Assembly (NCBI GenBank): GCA_004431415.1
Contig: QPMI01000522.1
Span: 62,001-126,000 of the forward strand
From: Cyanophora paradoxa CCMP329
Taxonomy: Eukaryota; Plantae; Glaucophyta
Length of the DNA: 64,000 nt
Reading direction: 5' to 3'
A model generated the notes under the pieces. That model did no database searches and was not told the DNA's origin. It saw only the letters and a list, made by a program, of their open reading frames with translations. The translations under genes were made by a program, and so were the position numbers. This document shows positions 33,556 through 43,700 of this stretch, piece by piece (the stretch's first letter is position 1; every line of letters begins with the position of its first letter).

Positions 33556-35359
33556 GGCGCTCGCCCTGCACCCCTGCGCCCCGTTCTCCAAGGCCTGCAG
33601 CGATGGCCACGGCCTCAATGCCTGGGCTGACGTCGAGAGCGCCACCTGGCAGGCAGATCCCGCAGTCGCATCCGACCCCGCCGTCTCGGCTGCCGCAAAA
33701 CGTGCATGGCTAGCACGGCGTGAGCCCCTCTTTCCCCCCGGCGGGTTCGAGTTCGTCCTCCTCTTCTCACCCCCCCGCAGGAGCCTGGAGGGGTACGACT
33801 CCAGCAGAGCGTACCGCGTCGAGTCCGACCCCCGGGCCCACGTCCGCGCCGTCTGCGAAATGCGTAACTTCGTGCGGCTGACGTCGCTTGAATCCTCGTG
33901 GCTCGGCGCCCCGGCCGACCGGGCACGGCTCGCGCGCGAATTCCGTAAGCAAGGCGCCTCCCGCGACGCGTCAGCCCCGTTCAATGCCCGCCTTGCGCAG
34001 CTCACCAAATTCAGCATGGAACTCGCGCCCCTCCTACCTGTCCGTGCCCGCGATGCCCCACACCTCTACGGCAACATCAACCCGCAAGGCCTGTGCGTAC
34101 GCCCTGGGTGCGCTCGCGTCGCCGACGCCTCCGGCGGCCCCATCCCGGCACCCCCCTGGGCACCGAGGCGCGACCCAGGAGCCGCCGCAACCGCAGACCG
34201 CGACCCCCCGCCGGCGCTCCACAGCGCGAGTCAACCCGAGACCCACGACCACGCCTTCGGCCTTTGTTCGGCATCGCAAGCGGCCCGGCTCGCTATGCAA
34301 TCCAAGATTTACAACCTCCTCCACACAACGATCACCACGCAGAGACTAAAGTCGGCCGCAACGAGGTACGAGCTCCCGGACGGCCTGAAGTCGGACGGCC
34401 TGTTCCTCCGCGACCTATTTCCCGCCTTCGCCCTCGCTGACGAACGCCGCTGGCGTCAGACCGTGCACGAACGCTCGCGACCCGGGCCTGTACCCCCCCA
34501 CCTCCGTGCCTGTCTCTACGGCTCCCCCTCCCGCTGGCTGACTCACGGACAGGCCCTTTTCACCGACCTCTCGCACGACTCGCCCCGCCTGTCCGTCCGG
34601 CTGCTCCTCCCCCGCAGTCTGGTCCCGGCCCTCGAGTACCTTCATGTTCGCGCCCCCGCTGCTCGTAAATGCGCGAACGGGATCTTTGATGTACTTGTGA
34701 CGGGGCTCCAGGAGATTTGGCAGGCGCGAAACTCGGACGTCCAAGCCTGGCAGCGCCGCTGTGGCCTCACGCGTCGGACTCTGACGGCGCCCCGACCCCC
34801 GCCAGCAACAGACCCCGCGGCCCGCCGAAGAAGCCGCCGCGCCCGGGAGACACGCCCTCAGCCGGACCCGAACCCGCAGCCCGCACCCGTAGTGCTGGTC
34901 AGTAGTATTCCGGTACCCCCAAGCGTACCGGAACGCGCCCGTCTCCAGCCGACGGCAGCGCCAGCGCGCGATGCGCACTCAGCAGTAGGCCGGTCGAGCA
35001 CAGACCGTCCAGCTTGCCCGCCCTCCCCGCCCGACGCCCATGACCTGATGAATGTCGCCGCAGACAGCCCGCACAGCCCGCCCACGAACCTCAAAGCAAC
35101 CTCGCGATCGGACGCCCCTCCCGTGAGCTCAGCCCCCAGCTTAACCCTCCACCCCCCTGAGCCCCCAGCGCCTCACCCGCCGGAGCCCCGGCACTCACCC
35201 TTGCCCGCGGCCCCGACCCGCCCGCAGCCCAGCCCGTGGCCCCCCCTGCCGCCGTCCGAAGAGGTCCGCCTAGCGTGGGCACAGACCCGACCCGGCCCGC
35301 TAAAGCCTGCGCAGGAAGTACTCCGACAGATCTCCTCGCCGCTGCTCGGTACCTCGGGC

Positions 35360-35980
35360 AGCATCAACGTCACAAGGAGATCTCTCAGTCGGCTCAATGG
35401 TGAGACCTGGTTAGACGACGAGACCGTTGTCTTCTACCTCGCCCTCCTCGCCCAACTCCCTGCCCTGGCCCGCCGTCCACTAATCTTTGACTCGCTTGAG
35501 TACCCTAACCTCTCCGCGCCAGGCCGAGGCCCCCAGCGCCTTCACAACAAGCTGGTAGCCCGCGGGGTCAGCCCGTTCGACTTCGATGTTCTGCTCTTCC
35601 CGATCCACTCACCGGGCCACTGGACCTTCGCTGCGATCCACGTACGTGACCGTCGAGCCGAACTCTATGATGCCTACAACCTGCCAAACGCAGAGTCGGC
35701 TCGAGAGAAGCTGGCCCCGATTCTCCGCTGGCTCCAGCTCGAGCGCCGGGAACGCAACCTCCCCTCAGACGACCCCACCGCCTGGCCGCTTGCATCGGCC
35801 ACCAGGTACCCCATCCCCGAACAACGGGACCGCTTCAGCTGCGGTGTAATTGTCTGTGCCCTGGCAGACGCCCTGGTCCGGGGCCAAGAAGACGCGCTCA
35901 CGGACCCCAACTCGCCCTTCGATGGCAGCAGCCGGTGCTGCGCCCACTGGCGCAGCCTCATCCTCACCCGAATCCTAGCC
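35360..35980 (+). other. Ulp1/SENP (peptidase C48) domain within the LINE polyprotein
   Basis: LSRLNGETWLDDETV, LLFPIHSPGHW (His 35618), ELYDA (Asp 35669), PEQRDRFSCGVIV (Gln 35822, Cys 35840). Confidence 0.88.
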
Positions 35981-37596
35981 ACAAGCCAACGGCCCCCAGC
36001 ACCCGGACCCGGCCCCAGAGGTCCGCCCCAGCCCCCTCCGGCTCCGGCTCCACCCCCGCCGCCGCGAGCCCCGGACCCCCCGCCCCCCCCACGCCCCGCC
36101 CCGCCCCCCGCCTCGCCTCGCCCACCTCCGACAGGCCGACCGGAGGCGACAGGCCCTTCCTCCCGACTAGGTGCCGGCACAGCTCGACCCGGTAAGGGCC
36201 GCGGCAAAGGCCGCGGCAGAGGGACGACCGTGGCGATGCGCCCCCTCCAATCCTACTTCCGGTCCGCGGTCGGTCTCTCCCCCGTTCTCCCCGGCCCCGA
36301 CTCGCAACTGCCCCCTCCCCCTCCGGACTCCCGCCGCCCCGCCCCAGCGGACCCTCCGCCACCCCCGGCCCCCTCCCCTCGCCCGCCCGACCGGCCCCTC
36401 CACCGTCCCCCGGCCCCGTCTCCCCCCCCTCCCCCCCAGCCCCCTCCCCCCCACACCCCCCAGCCTCCTCCCCCTCCCCGCAGCCCAGCCCCGCTACCCC
36501 GCCGCCTCACGCGCCGCGAGCGTGAGCTGGCCGCCCTCCGTGACTCGGCCGGCTTCACCTCCGCCCGCAACAATCTTCTTGCACGTGGAGACCGCGGAGC
36601 CCGACGTGCAGGTCCGGCTGTCCCAGCCCCTGATCCACAGGACCGCCCCCCCCCGGACCCCCCCGCCTCGGTGAACCTCTCTGACCCCCCCACACCGCCG
36701 TCACCCGTCGAACCGCAAGACCGGCCCCCGCCCCGCCAGCCCCGCGCCCCCCGCCGCCGGGCCCCCCCACCACCGCCGGCACCGCCCTCGGTCCCCGCAC
36801 CACCGCCCCCATTCGAGTTTTCCGCCCGCGCGCGCCAGCTCCACCCCGAGGCACTCCCGCCCCCAGACCGATGTCCCCTCTGCCTACACCCCTGGGCCGT
36901 CACCGCCGCCTCCACCGAGCCCCGTACCCCCTTCTCTGCCCCCAAGGTACCACCCCTGCTCCACCGCGGCGACCTCATCCAGTCCCTCCTCATCTTCGGC
37001 CTCTCCCCGCTGGGCTACAGACCCTGAGCCCAAAGTGTGCACTCCCTGCCCGCGCGCGCCGGGCTGACGCCACGCTCGCGCTTGAGAGGCCCACTCCTGG
37101 AGGAGAGCAGGCCCCTCGGGCGTGGCCTGCCTGCCCGCGCCAGGTCCGGTCCCGCCGCGCAGGTGCAGGCTGCCACGCCGCTGGCAGCCTGCAGGGCGGG
37201 ACCCGCCGCCGGATGGGGGCCCCAACCCCTCCCCCGGGGCCCCGCGCCCGGCGGCGCTCGCACCGCAGAGGCGGTGCGCAATAAATCCTCCGGGGCCCTG
37301 CCCAATAAACTCTCCGGCCCCAGCTCCCCACCCCCAACCCCACCCCCCCAATGGCCGCGCTCGCGCGGCCGCTGGGGGAGGCCCCACCGAGGGCCGCAAG
37401 AGTGGCCTTAGGGGGTAGGGCTCGCAGTAGGGAGATTCCCTCGGGGTTAGTCTAGCTGGAGACCCAATAGGGGGGAGGTAAGCTAGACTTGTCGTGTGTT
37501 TGTAGGCCTAGGCCTAGGGTAGGCAGATAGCATTAGCTGTTTGTCAACTTGGGGCACCAGTCCCCTAATACACTAGGGATTACTGAAAAAAAAAAA

Positions 37597-38358
37597 TGCA
37601 AGCCGCAGGCCTATCACCAAGCCCACGGGCCAAACTTGACATGTGATTTCATGCAAATCGAAAAAGGCTCATCTTGTCCCTTTCATCACGGCCGATATTT
37701 CAAGTTTCAAATCCTTTTTTCTTTCGTCCTAGATTTCTCGCTAGTGGTCGGTGCCGATTTCCGCATGCGCAACTTCAGCGCAAGCCTCAAACTGGAAGCC
37801 TACTCGCAACTTGAGTCGCAAGCGGCCGCTTAGCGGCGTAACGTCAACTGCGGTAAGCCTTTGATCATGAGAACTCTCTAGATCTTGAAGCCTTGAAGCC
37901 TTGAAGAGCTTGCGATCAAGCCGAACCGAGACGAGCCGAGCCGCTCGAGGGGTACTGCCGGCGCCAGGCTGGCACATCGCGGACGGGTCAGCAGGCCTGC
38001 ATCAGGCTGCATGATATAGCAGCAGGTCCAAGCCTTGAAGAGAGCGGCCGGGCGCTAGCGCTGCATGCACTGCGGCATGCGCAGCTGGAGCCGCGGCCCG
38101 TGCATGGCCGCGGGCCGAAGGCCGCTAGTCGAGCCGGCTAGCCAGTCGGCTTGATTAGGGCCGCATGCGGCATGCCTATATATAGCTACCGCCGCCGGTC
38201 CGGCGGTCCGAGTCCGCGTCGACGTCGACTCTGCGTCGACTTTGCGATTCCCATGATTCATCGATATCGGATCGATCGGCGATCTTGTAACTTAGTAAGT
38301 TGACCAGGACCTGCGGCTTGCAGTCAAGCCCATGTTCATGAATCAAATAATTGCAGCT
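37597..38358 (+). repeat. Right copy of ~761-bp direct duplication, starting immediately after the poly(A)
   Basis: Same sequence as 29044-29804 with one extra G. Confidence 0.95.
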
Positions 38359-39356
38359 TGGTATCGAGCTTTCAATGATGAGCTTTCAACTAGCTTCAAG
38401 TTGTAGCCTCCAAGATTCCCATAGCCATGGGCTATGGCCAATTGCAAGTTTTTGCAACTTCCGAGAAGTTCGAAAAAACATTCTCAGACTGCAAGCTTAA
38501 CTATTAAGTTTTATCCGATGATCGATATCGATATCGTAATTAAGTCCGTTACGTATATACGTATACGTATATATACGTAAATGAGTTAAAATATAACACA
38601 TCGATATCCGTTGATCTATTTTAAAGAATTAAAGATCATCGGATCTATTTTGCAAGCTTCCGGATCATGATCATGATGCATCCGATTCAGAATGTTGAAT
38701 TTCAGACCCAAGTATAATTTCAGATCTTATTTTTGTTTTCTACCGACGTAAAGTATATACGTATGTATATAACGTTAAGTTCGTCGTTAACCCATGGCCA
38801 ACTTGCCAAGTTGCCAGGGCAACTGCACTGTCACAGACTCACAGTGTTAGTAGTCTCAGACTCTCAGAGTCTCAGATCTAGAGTCTCAGAGTCTGTTACT
38901 AAAGTTACTGCAGTGCAGGCTGTGCAGTCACTGAGTGTGCACTGTGCAGCCACTGCCCACTGGGCCACTGTCACAGTGTGCAGGCACTGCGGCAGGCAGC
39001 ACCGTGGCACTGCGCATGCGGCAGTCTGCACTGACTCTCAGAGTCTGCAGCCTGCACAGTAGGGCCACTGTACTACTGTGACTGTACAGTGTAGGGGCTG
39101 CATATGCATGCACTGGCCGCAGCATGCATGCATATGCCATGATGCAGCCTGGCAGGCTGCAGCCTCTCACTGAGTCACTGAGTCAGAGTCTCAGAGAGTG
39201 TGCCAGCGCTAGCCTGCGCATGCCGCAGTCTCCAGGCCCGCAGACTGCCCGCAGTGCAGCCTGGCAGCCTGAGGTACCGGACTACTACCGGTATACTACC
39301 GTAGTACTAGTATGATAGTATAATGATACTATGAATATATGATACGTTCTATTACG

Positions 39357-39943
39357 TACCGTGTATTAGTCGGCGTGTAACACTTAAATATGACGGCATC
39401 TGTGATGTCGTTTATAAAACCTGGACTCCCTAAAAAGCTTGCGTGAAATGACTTCAAATGAGACGCTCCCAAATTACGTGAATTTATGTCGCTACAAAAA
39501 TTCGAGGTTTGTATCAATTGCAAAATGTATGGGGCGCGGTAATTTTGTATGGCGCCCAGGAATTATGGCGCTTCCAAATTATGTCGTTATAGCAAAATTT
39601 CGGAGACATAATTTGGGGATGACATAATAACGTGCGCGTCGACGTCATTTAATGCGCCAGTAATTAATGCGTTTTTGGACCCGGCCGCGGCCCGCGGACC
39701 CCTATATGGCTATTAATCATAGTAATGCGGCACCGAATTAATGCGTTTTGCAGCTTTTGGGCTGCGGTAGGGGGGTACATACAGCAGTTTCTTAGCGTTT
39801 CGATAATGAATCGATATTAATTACTGCGGTCCCAAATTAATGCGTTTTAAATTTGCCAGCGGAAAACGCATTAATTTGGGACCGCATTACTTACTAAGTT
39901 AAGTGCGCGCATAACTTAAGTGTTACACCGAACTTACACGGTA
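39357..39943. mobile_element. Non-autonomous TIR element (pogo/Tc1-mariner-like MITE)
   Basis: Left end TACCGTGTATTAGTCGGCGTGTAACACTTAAATATG. The right end reverse-complements to TACCGTGTAAGTTCGGTGTAACACTTAAGTTATG. TA at both ends; AT-rich interior. Confidence 0.65.
39721..39891. mobile_element. Small nested MITE / foldback with ~29-bp TIRs
   Basis: AGTAATGCGGCACCGAATTAATGCGTTTT ... AAAACGCATTAATTTGGGACCGCATTACT, plus an internal extra copy at 39825-39848. Confidence 0.6.
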
Positions 39944-40738
39944 TAGTAACGTCAGTTACGTCACACAGGCTGTGACACAGCTCGATCACAGATTCCCGGA
40001 GTCCCGAGTCCGCGCGCGGCGCGCGCGCGCGGCGGGCCGATGATCGCGGACGTCCGACGGTCCGCGGCGACTCGATCGTCGAGTCGACTCGGCGAACTTC
40101 GGCCCGGGAAATGCCGGCGATTCAATGATTTGGCCGAGCCGCCGGGCCGCGCGCCGCCACGGCCCACGGGCCACGGTCCACGGACCACGGACCACCGTGG
40201 CACGGTCCACGGTGTGCCGCCGGGTGTGCGCGGCCGCCGGGCCGGGCCCGGCCGGCCCGTCAGCCTCACTGACTACTGACACTGAGACAGTGAGACTGTG
40301 TGTGACTGAGTCACGTCTCCCTCAGACAGAGTCAGACTAAGGCCTAGGGGCCAGGCTAGGGCCCTCAGACTGGGCCTCAGTGCCACGGTGAGCCGTCGCT
40401 GGGTCACGGCGTGCCGCACTGCGGGCCTGCGGCAGTGCGCGCGGAATCCGAGAGAGTCCGTGCGGCCAGGCCGGCTTGCAATTGGCGGGAGTTCGTCTCG
40501 CCGTATACGTATACGTAATACGTATACGTGAGCGTGCGTACTACCGGTACGTATACCGCAGCATTCAATGATTACCGCTAGCCGCTGAGCGCTATCGTTT
40601 ACCTTATATACGTACATATAGGCCTACGTACACTTTTACGTATACGCGTACATCAAGCTGCAGCGCATTGCTGATTATCGACCGCCAGCTGCAGTACTAG
40701 TGCATTGCTGATTATGAGGTCCTAATCTCAGAATTCGA

Positions 40739-43700
40739 ATGGCGGCGCGCATGCGCACTTGCAAGCGAGGACGACGTGCCCCCGGCCGCGGAGGGGCGGG
40801 GCCGGCCGTCGGCACAGCGGCGTCTGTCTGTGTTGCCAAGAGGCTGCTGCCCCTATCGATCCTGGCCATAATCATTCTGCAGCTGGCTGCGGTGGCCCAT
40901 GGCCATGGCCAGTCGTCGCCGGACTCGCTTCTTCGCGGGAAACGGGCACAGTCGAGTGCAGATTCCAGGCCTAGGGCTCCTGGCAGTGGCCCAGCCGCAG
41001 AGCCCGGTCACGGAAGGCCTAGGCCCCTCCCGCCGTCCGTAACTCCTGCACTTGTCTCCTGATTGCGTTTTTAGCTCGTGATCATTTATATGCATGCGCA
41101 TGCGCAGGTTCAAGGCCTCGCGGCACGGCAAGGCAGGGCATGACGGGGAAGGGCACCGGCTCCCGAGGCAGGAGGCTGCGGATCCCAGCCGTCACGGAGC
41201 GAAGGTGTGCACGCGTGTTTTTGCGCGCGCGGGTCGGAGCTCGAGGCCGCGGGCCGTATGCATTTCAGAACTTGTCTTACTTGTTTGTTGAATTCGGCAG
41301 ATATTCCTGCAGTCCCATACGCTTGACACGTCGAAGCTCAAACCGATGCAGCGTCATGCGGTGGAACGTGCGGGCGGCCGCGGGTCCGCGCGAGCTCAGC
41401 CGCACAAGCTGAAGGACTCGCCGACGACGCGTGCGATGTTGCAAACGGCCGATTCGCCGCCGCGCCGCTACGCCTCTTTCGTGCGTGCAATTCAAGCCTT
41501 TCCCGACGCATATGCATATGCGTTATATTAATTCCTGCTTTTTATGGTAAGACTTATGAGGGCCGGGCCTGGGTTGCAGGTCCACCTGCGATCGGCGCTG
41601 ACGGTCGCCGTCAAGCGGGAGCTGCTGGACTGCGTTGGCCCGGCGGCGGCGCTCGACAATTTCGTCCCGCACCGCACCTACATCCTGCTGCTCGACCTCG
41701 CGAGCGCCGAGCGCGTTCGGTCCGTCCGTTCCCGATCGCGGCGTCCGAAGTTCTCTCGGGCCTTTATATATATGCAGCTCATATAATTAAAACTAGCAGC
41801 TCTATGCATATGGGCCCCTATATGCAAGCTCTACGGGCCTCTAGATAATTAGCTTATGACAACTAAAACCTCGCGCAGGACACAGTGCTCACATGTAGTA
41901 GATTGGGTGGACGTGGTCGCCCCCGCTCAGAAGGTCCGCCCGCGCTCCTCACCTGCTTTTGCTTCTTGGTGCCGTTCTGCTTCAAGTCGTAGCCTGTAAA
42001 GTTATTCGGCGCGCGCACACACAGCTGCGCGACGACCTGTACCTCGCTGTGCGTCTGGAGATTTCCTTTGCCGGGGCGCTGGACAGTGAAGCTTTCACAG
42101 TCCTGCTCGGTGCTCTCCGACAGGCCGCTGCGCATTCATTCAAGACATTCGGGCCTCATTCAACTTGACTGATTTTCGAATGGTGGCGCAGGAGAGTGGG
42201 AAGCGGAGGCGCGCCGCCTGTCCGGCCGCGCGGATGCGGCACTCGTCGTTCGGGAAGCCATCGAAGGGCGGACGTACGTCCTCGAGTTTCCCGGAGACGT
42301 GCACCCCGTGGATCTCGCCGACTTCATCGCTGAAACGGTGCAAACCAAAACTCGCGACTCCGCGGCCGGATCCGTACATACCGGCACATTTTTTACCGGT
42401 CTGTTTTGTTTCACAGCCGGAAGTCATGCACGTCGGTCGCGGGGCTGAAGCGGAGCCCTCGAATTACCACGCGACTCGAATTCTGCAGACTGGCCGAGAC
42501 GGCCCCAACGATGCGCCGTTCAGCCAGACTCTGGGCCTCACAGGAGCAGGAGAGATCGTCACCGTTGTAGGTTCGCCATGAATTCTCGAAAAACCGTGGG
42601 CCGGGCCCGACGTGCAACCTCTGCACTCGCCCTCATGATCAGGCGTATAATACAGCATTTTTGCGCAGACTCACCAGTGGATCCGGATCATTGCTACTTG
42701 TATGCAAGCGGTTTTTTCCCTTTTTCTTCGCTTCAAATCCTTCTTCGTTCCTTTCTGGAGCGCCCGCGCGCGGAATCAGCACTCCGAAACAATATTAATG
42801 TACAAACTCAAACCCATCTACTATTATTGCATTATTGCATTATTGCATATGATTTCGCACTATTCGCTTTTTTGCCTTCTGTGAAAGTAATATTAATTAT
42901 AATATTTACGCCTCTCCCAGTGTCGACCACTCTCAGCGAGTGAACCTCGGCGTGGCTCGCGACGCGCATGTTGCCAACCTCACAGAACGCAAGCTCGTTG
43001 GAAATGTAGGCAGTTTGCATTCTCAAACTGGATCTTTTCCCGAATACTGATGCAGTGTCTCGAAAGATGCATCTCTGGAGCGATTTCAGCAATACGGATG
43101 TGCGCACGGACCGGAATTGATATACAATAAGAATACAAAGCCCCTCTCCAGCCCCCCCCCCCCCCCCCACCCCTCCCCCCCCTAACCCCTAACCCCCTCC
43201 CCCACCCCCCGAGCTCCCCCACCCGCTTTTTTCTGCTTCTTCCCCTCCCGGCCCTGCTGATCATGATTATGACTGCTGTTCCCTCTCCCGCAGACATCGC
43301 AGAATCCCCACTACGCGCATGGTACTCATGTGCGCAAATGCATGCGGGCTTCAAAATTTTAATAACGAGCTCGCAAGCTGAGCTGCACCTGAGCATTCAG
43401 AGACTGATTATAAGCAGGTTGCTGGTACAGTAGCGGGGAGCGTCTCTGCGAACTGGCCAAACAGCGGTGACCGCGATGGCATGGTGCGTATACTTAATGC
43501 GCGAGATCTAGAGTGGTTCATGATCAGAACAGCTGATCATGATTGCAAAACTAAAACCGCAGAATGTGCACAAAGGCGTGGCCCCAGACGCGCGCATTTT
43601 CGCCATCAATGTGCAAAGCGCCACTGGATTTGTCCGTTCTTTGATTGATTCAATCTAATTTAAATCAATCTATTGGTGGCCTAATGCGAGCGGTGCCAGG

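Larger units (their letters stand above)
29805..37027 (+). pseudogene. LINE ORF2-like polyprotein remnant, split by about four frameshifts (~30960, ~31790, ~32530, ~33490)
   Basis: Overlapping ORFs 29778-30980, 31013-31846, 30889-32586, 32148-33506 and 33491-37027 carry consecutive domains. Adding one G to the G-run at ~30957 restores KFLGVWFTADLNW. No introns. Confidence 0.8.
29805..37596 (+). mobile_element. 5'-truncated non-LTR retrotransposon (LINE) with RT, RNase H, CCHC zinc-finger, Ulp1-like protease, 3' UTR and poly(A)
   Basis: RT motifs AAGPSGL, LIPKSG, RPITLQE, LLDIRRAYDSV, GLPQG, YADD (30729), LNAKKT, FKFLG. A11 tract at 37586-37596. No ORF1 or AP endonuclease upstream. Confidence 0.93.

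Noticed and set aside
29044-38358. LTR retrotransposon interpretation of the 761-bp direct repeats
   Set aside because: The RT is non-LTR type, there is no gag, aspartic protease or integrase, the repeat does not end in CA, a poly(A) precedes the right copy, and the coding region is truncated at the left junction.
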